Part shown: piece after piece, positions 40,162 through 49,006 of the stretch | Layout of the letters: the number at the start of each line of letters is the position of its first letter | Position numbering within the stretch: position 1 is the first letter of the stretch | DNA from: a virus | Taxonomy: Duplodnaviria; Caudoviricetes | DNA: 64,000 nucleotides | Virus record (IMG/VR): IMGVR_UViG_3300011444_000011 | Location: 1-64,000 of that record | Direction: 5' to 3' (one strand) | The notes under the pieces: generated by a model | The model's database searches: none | What the model saw: only the letters and a program-made list of their open reading frames with translations | Told to the model about the DNA's origin: nothing | Translations under genes and position numbers: made by a program

Positions 40162-40271
40162 GAAGCTCTGTGCCTGAGCATGGCCAAAGGGTGATGGTAA
40201 CAAGAGCGGGAAGGTGGACGTTACCAGTCCTAGTCCTACCGCCCGCAGGTTCGAATCCTGTCAGAGATTTC
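40162..40271 (+). ncRNA. tRNA-like RNA with an expanded, possibly pseudoknotted anticodon/variable region
   Basis: Acceptor-like CTCTG/CAGAG, class II D arm TGCCTGAGCATGGCCAAAGG, T arm GCAGG-TTCGAAT-CCTGT, and a TGGTAAC/GTTACCA stem with an 18-nt loop. Confidence 0.6.
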
Positions 40272-40416
40272 GAAGCGTGAACGTGGTTCGATTCCACAAA
40301 AGCCCTGTGTTGTCGCGGGTAATCGAAAGCCGCAGCGTGTATCGGCGAGGGTATCGTCCGAGGCTAGGTGGCCATCACAGGGTTCTTTGATATTAACATC
40401 AACTCACGGAGATAGC

Positions 40417-40707
40417 ATGAACATCAACGAAACGAAACTCCAAAGAACTGTCAGAGGGATCGCCGGTGAAGTTCTCGCCGAACGCCAGTATCAGGAAGAC
40501 AAGTGGGGCGACAAGTTTGACAAGAAGAACACGCCCAACGACTGGGTGTGCTACATCGCCAAGTACCTTGGCCAAGCAGTCACGTTGCCGTGGGACGCCG
40601 CGACATTCCGCAAGATGCTCGTCAAGACAGCAGCGTTGTGTTTCGCTGCAATTCAATGGTGTGACAAGACGAAAGGGAAGATGCCGAAACGGCATTACGA
40701 CAAATGA
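40417..40707 (+). CDS. Small alpha-helical protein, MazG/NTP-pyrophosphatase-like
   Basis: AERQYQEDKWG...DW...LVKTAALCFAAI. Confidence 0.5.
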   Translation: MNINETKLQRTVRGIAGEVLAERQYQEDKWGDKFDKKNTPNDWVCYIAKYLGQAVTLPWDAATFRKMLVKTAALCFAAIQWCDKTKGKMPKRHYDK

Positions 40708-41099
40708 TATCCAAAATCAGTCGCCGCGGAATTTTGAGCTTACTGCCAGCATTCCTGCTTCCGGCATCCTGGCTCCCGAAGAAACCCGAACTCGTCCTGG
40801 TCAAGAAGGTTCACGGTGACGGCGTCAAGCGATGGAAGCACCATCCGTGCCCGAAAACGTGGTGGGATGCCTTCACCTTCATCCATCATCACGACGGACA
40901 GATCAAGGTAGGTTTCGACGGTGTCTCCGGCATGGAGCTAATCGTCATCAACATCGGTGAGTACGTTTGCTCATACCAGCATCCGTGCAACGTCATCGAG
41001 CCGAAGCTCGACGCAACCGCTTATTACAACGAATTCGTCGTTCCATGTGCCATCGCCCTGTGGCGAATCATTTACCAGAAGGAAGGCAACAATGCCTAA
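40704..41099 (+). CDS. Hypothetical protein with twin-arginine N-terminus
   Basis: ISRRGILSLLPAFLLP. Confidence 0.55.
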   Translation: MISKISRRGILSLLPAFLLPASWLPKKPELVLVKKVHGDGVKRWKHHPCPKTWWDAFTFIHHHDGQIKVGFDGVSGMELIVINIGEYVCSYQHPCNVIEPKLDATAYYNEFVVPCAIALWRIIYQKEGNNA

Positions 41100-41352
41100 A
41101 GCCACACGTCAAGAAGTGTATGCTGCACTTGATACTGAACGTCTTTATCAGGATCAGCTTCCGGCGACCAGAAGCGACGGTGCGCCGCGAACCGTCGCTG
41201 ACTACATCACGATGCTCTCGCACTATCAAGCCGAGGCTATCAGGGCGTGGACGACGAATCCGGGCGATGCCGAGGCTCTCGAAGTGATTCGCAAAATCGG
41301 TGGCATCGCGGTTCACTGTATGGAAGATCACGGAGCACCACCACGACGATGA
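41092..41352 (+). CDS. Small alpha-helical protein related to 40417-40707
   Basis: TERLYQD...DY...IRKIGGIAVHCME. Confidence 0.55.
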   Translation: MPKATRQEVYAALDTERLYQDQLPATRSDGAPRTVADYITMLSHYQAEAIRAWTTNPGDAEALEVIRKIGGIAVHCMEDHGAPPRR

Positions 41353-41674
41353 TCCAGCTACGCTGGACCGACGAAGACGTTTGGAAGGATGCTCACTGGC
41401 TACGTTCGATTGAACAGGGCGAAGAGGAATGGCGGCAAACCTGTGCCCGCTATCGCCCTGGCAATCGACCGCCTGGCGTCGAATTCCGTGTTCGACCATA
41501 CTTCACAATGGATGCTCAAGTGAGGATTGCATGAGACGACCTGACAACGTAGTCTGGAGTTGGCCCTGGCAGTGTTTCTGCATTGGATTCAGTGTCCAGG
41601 GCTACTGGTTCCAAGCGAAGTGCGTGACACTTTGTTTGGGGATTCTGACGTTACGCTGGCACGATAGGTAAAGC

Positions 41675-42142
41675 ATGAATCTGCCAAACAAGAAGAACCG
41701 TGACCGCATCCGGCAAATGGCTATCGGAGAAGCAACGGAGGCGCAAATCGCAGCCGAAAGGGTAAAGCGGGACAAGGAAGCGAAAGAACTTGAGGAAATG
41801 CAGGCGAGGGCGAAGGCACGCTATCTGCGGCTCGTGCAGAAGATTCCTGATGTGGTGATTAAGGCAATCGCGGACGGCAAGGTCGAAGTTGATATTATCG
41901 TCCCCGAAAACCCGCCAAATTACACGACCGAAGCGACAGCCGAAGATTGTGAAGTCGCACGGCTGGTCATGGAGTTCTTCGCCAATGAGAAAGACTACCG
42001 ATTCCAATTCAAGCAAGTCCCGGCCGACTACAACACTTCCAGAGAGACAGCCGACGGCGGTTGCACCGACACAGAGCGGGTCCACAGGATGCTCCCCGGA
42101 ATCATCATCGGTTGGTATAATATCGCTGATCCGGCAGCGTAA
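41675..42142 (+). CDS. Hypothetical protein (N-terminal coiled coil)
   Basis: 155-aa ORF with an RBS. Confidence 0.6.
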   Translation: MNLPNKKNRDRIRQMAIGEATEAQIAAERVKRDKEAKELEEMQARAKARYLRLVQKIPDVVIKAIADGKVEVDIIVPENPPNYTTEATAEDCEVARLVMEFFANEKDYRFQFKQVPADYNTSRETADGGCTDTERVHRMLPGIIIGWYNIADPAA

Positions 42143-42265
42143 TGCCTATCGGCTGGTCAAACGTGATCTTAATATCAATGCGGGGTTGATCGGACAGAAT
42201 GGCCCGGTTCGGGCATCGGCGATCGACGACGTTGAAACCCTTTTGCAGATACTGGAGTCCAGATA

Positions 42266-44182
42266 ATGGGATGCGATTATTGCAACAACACCGGAACAGT
42301 GATCCCGTTCGTCGGCGAAGCTCACCCGTGCCCACGATGTACGGTTGTCATCAAGTCACCGCCGTTGAACGACCAGCCGAACTTCCAGGCCACGTTGAAC
42401 GTGAAGTTCGGGCAGGTCTACGATGATGCGGCCCACAAGATGGTGCCCGCTTCGACGGCAATCACCGCTGGCGAAGGCATCAAGCGGTTCATGGTGCTGA
42501 ACAGCATCCTGTATTCCGGCATCAAACAGACGGTCATCGAGAAGCTGGCCCACCGGCCTATCGAACAGCAGTGGGTTCGCTTCCAGAGCTACTGCCGTTC
42601 GGTGCTCCGCGTCGAGATGCCTGACGACTACATCAACAAGCCGGATGATGTGCAAGATTTGTTGAAGGCCCGCGTCACGGTTACTTTCGACCCGAGTGTC
42701 AAGGTGACTTTCGACCCCGAAGCCTTGAACGTCCCAGTCTTCCACAAGGATGATCCGCGACTTGCTGAACTGCTGAAGCCGATCGGCGAAAGAGGACGCT
42801 TCGAGATCAGCGAGGGGTCGATTATCGGCGGTGGCGTCTATATCGCCAATCACGGATTGCCGCCGGGGAAGCTCGTCGCCGTGACGCCGATGCGGAATCC
42901 TCTCTTCCAGCATCAACAAGCTGCTGTCGATGAAATGATGGATCGCTACGATCGGGACGTTGCCCGCATTGATACCAGTCGCACCTACGCTGATACTGGT
43001 ATCATTCCGGCCCGGTGGGCACAAGAGAGCGAAGACATACTTCAGGAAAACATGATCGCCGGCTGGCTCGTCAAGCAGCAAGGCAAGGAATGGCCAGAGT
43101 GTATGCAGATGCCCGACGGAAGGGTATTTCAGCGGGGAAAGGGGAAGTCGGAGTACAAGTATCAAGGTCAGCCGCTAACGGTTGCCGACTGCGATATGCT
43201 CCGCACGGCCATCGAAGTGATGAACAAGGCTGACTGTGACGTGAACTATGAATCGACGCTCGACCCGTCGGAACTCTGGTTCATGGTCTTCCCGCATCTG
43301 CCCGGCCCCGCCAGCAGAACGGAGATCAAGGTTCTCAAGTGCGTGCGTGACGCCCGCGAGAAAAGCTACATCAGCGAAGGCGCGGCATACGATATTGCCA
43401 AGCTGCCGTTGATGCACCAAGAAGCCGCACTACGGCTTGTGGTTCCGGGCATCCAGACGTTTGTGAAGTACACCTGCGAACCGCAGAAAGATATTGCATT
43501 CGAGTTGTCGCTGCCACTTGGAGCGACGGTAATGTGGGAGCACAAGCCCGGCCACAAGTACAAGGTGCTCTGTGAAGTCAAGGATGCAATCGACAAGCGG
43601 CTTATAAGCCCCGTTGTAGCAGTACGGATCGCCCGTCAGGTCTTCCGTAAGCAGAGGCAAATGCTGACGACGGCATTGGCCGAAGCCGACGGAATGTTGA
43701 TGGGAACGGGTGCAACGAAGATGGGTAAGAGCTTGAAGATGGCTGTTGCCAGAGGCAAGCGAAATATGCCGACGATCGAGGACATCCTAAGCCTGATGTC
43801 TCTTGCCCAGCAGCGTATCAGCACTGATATTCAAATCAAAGATGGTCAGGAAGAAGACCGTCACAAGGTTTGGTTACTGCTCCGGGAAATGCGTGTCAAG
43901 CTGCAACGTGTCAATGTGCAGATGATGGGTGCGGTGCATCAAAGCGACCGGGTTCCGGCGATGCACAACCCCTCTGAATCGGTACTGAACCAGGAAGTGG
44001 TTCAGGGCTTCAACGATGCGTTGGCATACATGAACGAGAAACGGCCAACCGAGAAGCCGGCATCCGAGTTCATGGCGGGTTACATCCCGGCGTTGAAGCG
44101 TATCAACGATGGGCGTCCGCACCCTGAACATTTTAAGAAACAGGTCGAAGCTGACCCCGATCCCGGAGCCGACTCATGGTGA
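42266..44182 (+). CDS. Large zinc-finger mosaic protein with ParB-like helical repeats
   Basis: CDYCNNTG...CPRC; PLFQHQQAAV; two V.DA....IS...A..IA.....Q repeats; MGKS. Confidence 0.65.
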   Translation: MGCDYCNNTGTVIPFVGEAHPCPRCTVVIKSPPLNDQPNFQATLNVKFGQVYDDAAHKMVPASTAITAGEGIKRFMVLNSILYSGIKQTVIEKLAHRPIEQQWVRFQSYCRSVLRVEMPDDYINKPDDVQDLLKARVTVTFDPSVKVTFDPEALNVPVFHKDDPRLAELLKPIGERGRFEISEGSIIGGGVYIANHGLPPGKLVAVTPMRNPLFQHQQAAVDEMMDRYDRDVARIDTSRTYADTGIIPARWAQESEDILQENMIAGWLVKQQGKEWPECMQMPDGRVFQRGKGKSEYKYQGQPLTVADCDMLRTAIEVMNKADCDVNYESTLDPSELWFMVFPHLPGPASRTEIKVLKCVRDAREKSYISEGAAYDIAKLPLMHQEAALRLVVPGIQTFVKYTCEPQKDIAFELSLPLGATVMWEHKPGHKYKVLCEVKDAIDKRLISPVVAVRIARQVFRKQRQMLTTALAEADGMLMGTGATKMGKSLKMAVARGKRNMPTIEDILSLMSLAQQRISTDIQIKDGQEEDRHKVWLLLREMRVKLQRVNVQMMGAVHQSDRVPAMHNPSESVLNQEVVQGFNDALAYMNEKRPTEKPASEFMAGYIPALKRINDGRPHPEHFKKQVEADPDPGADSW

Positions 44183-44505
44183 AAATCGACGGATACCCTC
44201 GGCCGAGTAACAACTACGAGGCCATGAAGTTCCTGTTCGCGCATAAGGTGACTTTGGAAACAGGCCGTTGTGAGGCCGGTTTCCTGCATCTTATCATTCA
44301 CTGTGGCGAAATGTTTGTTGATACTAAAATCAGTGACGAAGACCGGACGATCGGGGAACTGTTCGACGCTTTCCTGTGTCCGGCCGCTTGTGCTCTGTAC
44401 AAGTCCATCTACGAACTGTGCCCGCACGGTTCAGACCCCAAAGCATGTGAGGATTGCCGTGGAGTATCTGGTACAACTGAAGGGCGGTCAGAGAATCCGG
44501 GGTGA
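44176..44505 (+). CDS. Hypothetical protein
   Basis: GGAG RBS; C-terminal CPHG...CEDC. Confidence 0.55.
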   Translation: MVKIDGYPRPSNNYEAMKFLFAHKVTLETGRCEAGFLHLIIHCGEMFVDTKISDEDRTIGELFDAFLCPAACALYKSIYELCPHGSDPKACEDCRGVSGTTEGRSENPG

Positions 44506-44655
44506 GATCATCGAGGTCCACCTTGATATCGGTGTCGAAAAGGTCAAGATTAAGGGCGAGCATATCAACATGATGTTCCGCCCCGATCTCGGCTGGTGCG
44601 ATTTGACCTGCGGGTTCGTGCTTGGCATCATTGCCCACGCATTCGTGAGGTATCT

Positions 44656-44943
44656 ATGCGGCTGAAAATCTTCTTGCAGAAGATCGCACGCTGCAAGACC
44701 TGGCGCATGCAATGTGATGGCACAATCAGAAACCGGGAATGCCAGTGCCCGGTCGAATATGTCGCGGGCGTCGATGCTGGCCAGAAGTTTGAGGATTTGT
44801 GCGTGCTCGTGGATCAACATAGGCTACCGCCTACCGTTGCTGTCATCCGTGCCGCCGACCATAAGCCCATCAGCGTCGATCACAGCTATCACAATCTGAT
44901 TGAGTTACGGCGACTCTTGGGAAAGGCATGTGGTTTGCTATGA
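44656..44943 (+). CDS. Hypothetical protein, paralog family A
   Basis: MRLKIFL...W...R...CP...AAD...LRRLL...GL. Confidence 0.6.
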   Translation: MRLKIFLQKIARCKTWRMQCDGTIRNRECQCPVEYVAGVDAGQKFEDLCVLVDQHRLPPTVAVIRAADHKPISVDHSYHNLIELRRLLGKACGLL

Positions 44944-45242
44944 GACTCCGAGAATTTCTGGCGAAGATGGGTGAACACAAGTGGATGCTCGTGGACTCAT
45001 TTGGTGCCAAGCTGCGGACGAAGGGTGCAATGTGCTGCCCGATTGAGGCCGTAATCGGGTTGCCCTCTGGCTGCCCGAATTGCGTGTTGAAGGAAGCCGG
45101 CGTGCGGATGAAGATTCCGTACATCGAGGCTCTGGTTCAATGTGCCGATATGCGTATCATCGGCTGTCAGTATCACGATTACTTCAATTTGCTGGCTTTG
45201 AGGCGACAGCTTCTAATAGCCGCTGGACTGGGCGATATATGA
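44940..45242 (+). CDS. Hypothetical protein, paralog family A
   Basis: MRLREFL...KW...LR...CPIEA...IPYIEALVQCAD...LRRQLL. Confidence 0.6.
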   Translation: MRLREFLAKMGEHKWMLVDSFGAKLRTKGAMCCPIEAVIGLPSGCPNCVLKEAGVRMKIPYIEALVQCADMRIIGCQYHDYFNLLALRRQLLIAAGLGDI

Positions 45243-45276
45243 AATGGCTCGTGGTAATTTTTATTACGGTGTTGCT

Positions 45277-45669
45277 ATGATTTACGAACAGATCGTAGCC
45301 GACACGATGGACAAATCGCTGCTGTGGCGACAGTGCGAACTCAATGACCGATGGCTTGGGTCGCACCGCTTCTACAAGGTTGTCGTCCGAGAACACTTCT
45401 TCTCGGTAACGCTGCATGTCGTAACGCGGAACAACCTCTGTTTTGATGTCAATATCAAACGACGGACGTGGATGAAGTTCTTCGACCGTGTCTGGACGCA
45501 AGGCCATCTGGACGAATACTCCGTCTTACAGGAAATGACCAACTATGCTGACTCCAAGCCCGCAGTGCATGACCTGGAGACATACGCCCGCCGCGCTGCA
45601 CAGGCGGCGACTATTCCGGGATCAGAAGAATCAGGCACTCGCTGTCCTGATAGTGCTGTGCGACCATGA
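45277..45669 (+). CDS. Hypothetical protein
   Basis: In the gene chain. Confidence 0.5.
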   Translation: MIYEQIVADTMDKSLLWRQCELNDRWLGSHRFYKVVVREHFFSVTLHVVTRNNLCFDVNIKRRTWMKFFDRVWTQGHLDEYSVLQEMTNYADSKPAVHDLETYARRAAQAATIPGSEESGTRCPDSAVRP

Positions 45670-46120
45670 GGTTAGCCACAATCGAAGCTGCATCTACTGT
45701 GGCCTCGACGAAACAACGTACTGGCGGCTGCACAGGATGACGGTCGCCGGTCTTTACACGACCGAGAGAATGGTAACGGAGCTACTCCATGCGTGCCCAT
45801 CAGCGTTACGGACATTGGAAGCGGGCATCCGTGCAGGCACGCTACTACCTAAAACGGAACAAGTACGCGGATCAAAGCAAGATCGTGACCGTCTACAATC
45901 GTTTCGGGCAAGAGCAGGGTGTCCGAGTTAAGGGCCGGCACGGCTGGCCCGTCGGTGATTTGATTTCTTCCTATCGACCGTAAAGGTGCAATATGTGGAT
46001 TTACCGTTGGCTGGAGCACAGTGACAAATCTTTGATCGAGAAAGTCGCTGGAGCGATGTACGCCTTTTTCTTCCTTGTGATCCTGGGTTTCCTGTTGTTC
46101 ATGCTCCTGATGGTGCTGCT

Positions 46121-46495
46121 GTGATAGTTCACAAGAATTGCCGAATCGCTTTCGGCTGCACACGGATTGTGATACTGGTATCAAAATGGGCAATCAAGAT
46201 ACCGTCGTTCTACTCCTGGCGGCTGTTCTTGCTGGGCTTGCTGGCCAACATGCAAGAGGCACAGTTCAGCAAGACGGGCTGGCCGGAGCTATGCCCAGTA
46301 AGTTGGTCGCTTTGGGGCGGCTGGCTCGTAATTATGAAACGGGCTGAAGTGCTATCCGAAACAGATTTCTGGATACACAAACTTCGACTCAAAATGATGG
46401 TCAATCAACCCGATTACGTTGTGCCTTGCGAAATGAAGCACGACAGTTTCGGCATCCTAGACGGCAAGTTTGTTGTCGTCGATTACGGGAATTGA
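46121..46495 (+). CDS. Conserved phage protein, possibly a minimal kinase-like fold
   Basis: GCTRIV...AIKIP...NMQE...FGILDGKFVVVDYG. Confidence 0.45.
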   Translation: MIVHKNCRIAFGCTRIVILVSKWAIKIPSFYSWRLFLLGLLANMQEAQFSKTGWPELCPVSWSLWGGWLVIMKRAEVLSETDFWIHKLRLKMMVNQPDYVVPCEMKHDSFGILDGKFVVVDYGN

Positions 46496-46496
46496 T

Positions 46497-46790
46497 ATGA
46501 AACACGATCGAGCTATGATTCCGGCATCTAACGACAAGCTGCGAGAGTTCGCGGATATCGCCGAATTAGTGGCCCATGAACAGGCGTCCCACGACCAGAG
46601 CCCTTGCCCATCAATGAACGACATGGTCAGGGATGCCTGGAATTCGTTGACCGAGAAACGGCAGATTGTCATACTCGTCGCCTTGCAGCGGATCGCCCTT
46701 GACGATTGCATCAAGTACGGAGCATTGTTACGGGAAGCTGCAACCGTGATTACTGTTGGTCAAGTCCTAGAAGAATTGGCACGAAGATGA
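46497..46790 (+). CDS. Hypothetical protein
   Basis: In the gene chain. Confidence 0.5.
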   Translation: MKHDRAMIPASNDKLREFADIAELVAHEQASHDQSPCPSMNDMVRDAWNSLTEKRQIVILVALQRIALDDCIKYGALLREAATVITVGQVLEELARR

Positions 46791-47074
46791 ACAGGATCAC
46801 AAGAAGCGAGACTCCGTTGAGTTTCCTCGATCTGGCCAACGTCGATGAAATCCGTGCGATCATCCAGCCGGGCCTCTCGCGGGAACGGGCTTGCAGGACT
46901 ATGGCCCTGGCTTGATTGAGTGGCTTGGCTACGGAGACGTGCAGAAACAGATCGACGAGGCTTGGATGCAGTTGTCGACGGAACGACAACACGAGATTCT
47001 GCTTGGTTGGCGGAATACCGTAAATCAGCGAGTCGAGAGTTTTGATACTGCAATCAGAAAAATCGAGGACGGCC

Positions 47075-47707
47075 ATGAGAATAATCAGCGGGTTCCATGA
47101 TTATTACGATCCACTTTGCAAGCACGACGCTGACCGAGAGACGCTGTACATACGGAAAACCGAAGAGGCAGCACCGATCGAGTTTCCCCGCGTCTGGCTT
47201 GACAATACGTGCAGAATCCGACTGCTATGCTTCGCCGGGAAACTGATACCGCATGTCGAAATCAACATCATGCACCGCGGCGAGTGGAAGACAAAGGTGT
47301 GCTGGCAGCGGGCGAAAGCCAAGGATCATGTCGAAGAGTTCACGACGAAGGCCAATTTCAGGATGCTGAAACGCCGTGCCTACGGTATCTTGCGTGACCT
47401 GGATCGGTTCTTCGACTGGAAGCCAGAGAACGTCTACCCCAATACACCGATCTGGTTCGCAACCAGCGAGGCCACTACGACCGACGGATACCGGACATGG
47501 AAGAAGCGGACGTTACTGAATCCGCGGGTTATGGACGTGTATCCGGGGTTTGTGAAAATCCTGCCACCGGCACAGGCGTATCAGGAACTGGTGATGTGGC
47601 ATGGAAGAATGGCGCGGCCCGAACCTAACGTCCCGGAAATGAGCGACGCGGATAAGATCGCTGGCCACGGCTTCGATAAGTTCTCATTCAGAAAGCCTAA
47701 GCAATGA
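47075..47707 (+). CDS. Conserved phage hypothetical protein
   Basis: MRIISGFHDYYD...AYQEL...DKIAGHGFDKFSFRK. Confidence 0.65.
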   Translation: MRIISGFHDYYDPLCKHDADRETLYIRKTEEAAPIEFPRVWLDNTCRIRLLCFAGKLIPHVEINIMHRGEWKTKVCWQRAKAKDHVEEFTTKANFRMLKRRAYGILRDLDRFFDWKPENVYPNTPIWFATSEATTTDGYRTWKKRTLLNPRVMDVYPGFVKILPPAQAYQELVMWHGRMARPEPNVPEMSDADKIAGHGFDKFSFRKPKQ

Positions 47708-47931
47708 ACAACCCGTTAGATATTGATATACGCCGGGCCGTCTGTAACAGCCCGCACTGCTCTTACCCGCACGCCCAGAGACTCACGCAGTTGATGCTTG
47801 CCGAAGAACGACTGGCACGCCTGGAAGCGGGTGGCGTTAATAACTGGGAGTGGTATCACGAATCCCTGCATCCGACGGATAAGCCATCACTGGATGATTT
47901 TGAGGAGGCGCTGAATAATGTCCAACCCTGA
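47704..47931 (+). CDS. Hypothetical protein
   Basis: LEAGGVNNWEWY motif; ATGA coupling. Confidence 0.55.
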   Translation: MNNPLDIDIRRAVCNSPHCSYPHAQRLTQLMLAEERLARLEAGGVNNWEWYHESLHPTDKPSLDDFEEALNNVQP

Positions 47932-48257
47932 AGCTGACAAGCGCGAGGTCTTCATCATCTGCGTCAATGACGCCATTCGGCAAGAGGCGTTTGAGAACAT
48001 CGACGTGGCGATTGAGTTCGTCATCAAGACCGTGCTTCCTAAGCTGGAAGACAACCTGCGGTCACGGACGACTCGCAAATTCACTTCCATCGGCACACGT
48101 CTCGATCCGTTCTGGTCAAATGATATGTGCAGTGTTCGCATCAGAACCCTGGTACTGCAATGACACTCCTGAAACGCTTGATATTGAATATCAATGATCG
48201 CTGGTGGGTTCGGGTCTGCCAGTGGCACTACTCCAAGTTACCCGGTTCAGATAGGGC

Positions 48258-48563
48258 GTGGTGATGGAAAGACTCATTGAAATCGTGATCGAAGACACAA
48301 TCGCCGGCAGGCTTCGCTGGGAATGCGGCGGTCACAGCGATACGTGGTCGGCCAGAGCTTCGACGTATACACTGTCCCAAGTAACCAAAGGTATCTGGAA
48401 CTGGTACTTCGTCATGTACACGAACTCCGGTGTCAGTCGCCTTAAAATCAGGCCGTGGCAGTGGAGAAAAATCCAAGCCGCCCTACCGCCCAAACTTCTG
48501 ACACCGGAACAAGCAGCGGCGGCTATTGGATTCAATGACGCAGAGGTCGGATTGCATGAGTAG
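48258..48563 (+). CDS. Hypothetical protein
   Basis: In the gene chain. Confidence 0.5.
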   Translation: MVMERLIEIVIEDTIAGRLRWECGGHSDTWSARASTYTLSQVTKGIWNWYFVMYTNSGVSRLKIRPWQWRKIQAALPPKLLTPEQAAAAIGFNDAEVGLHE

Positions 48564-48566
48564 CAC

Positions 48567-48696
48567 GGAAGTCATGGTGGAAATACTGGGCCGCAAGCCC
48601 TGTCGGTAGACACGCAGCCCTCTAACTCGCGGGCCGTTAGAAGGCTGTACCCTGTTGCAATGCGGGGTGTACGGGTTCGAGTCCCGTTGACTTCCT
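48567..48696 (+). tRNA. tRNA-Leu-like gene with hairpin insertions in the D loop and anticodon loop
   Basis: Acceptor GGAAGTCA/TGACTTCC, D arm GTGGAA...GGTAGACAC, anticodon stem CAGCC/GGCTG around a 23-nt loop, long variable arm, T arm ACGGG-TTCGAGT-CCCGT. Confidence 0.75.
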
Positions 48697-48709
48697 TTGA
48701 AAGACTAAA

Positions 48710-49006
48710 ATGAGCAATAATCTACGGTTGATGTGCAACCCGCCGGATGTTGACGGATCGCGGTTGGCGAGTCTCTGTGTTCAAGAACTCCGTGTTCTTT
48801 TAGACTTGAGAGTGAAGGCGTACCACCAGCATCTTGACGAGTATCGGAACGACAGTTGCGCGGAGAACAACTTCACTTTCATCAAACAAATCGTCGAGGT
48901 TTTGAACGCCATGCAGAATACTGACACAGTCATGCGTGATGGCAGTATCAAACCCGGATGCAAGCTCACCCTTTTCCAGCCGCCTTATTACAAGGATAAC
49001 CGATGA
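48710..49006 (+). CDS. Hypothetical protein
   Basis: In the gene chain. Confidence 0.55.
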   Translation: MSNNLRLMCNPPDVDGSRLASLCVQELRVLLDLRVKAYHQHLDEYRNDSCAENNFTFIKQIVEVLNAMQNTDTVMRDGSIKPGCKLTLFQPPYYKDNR

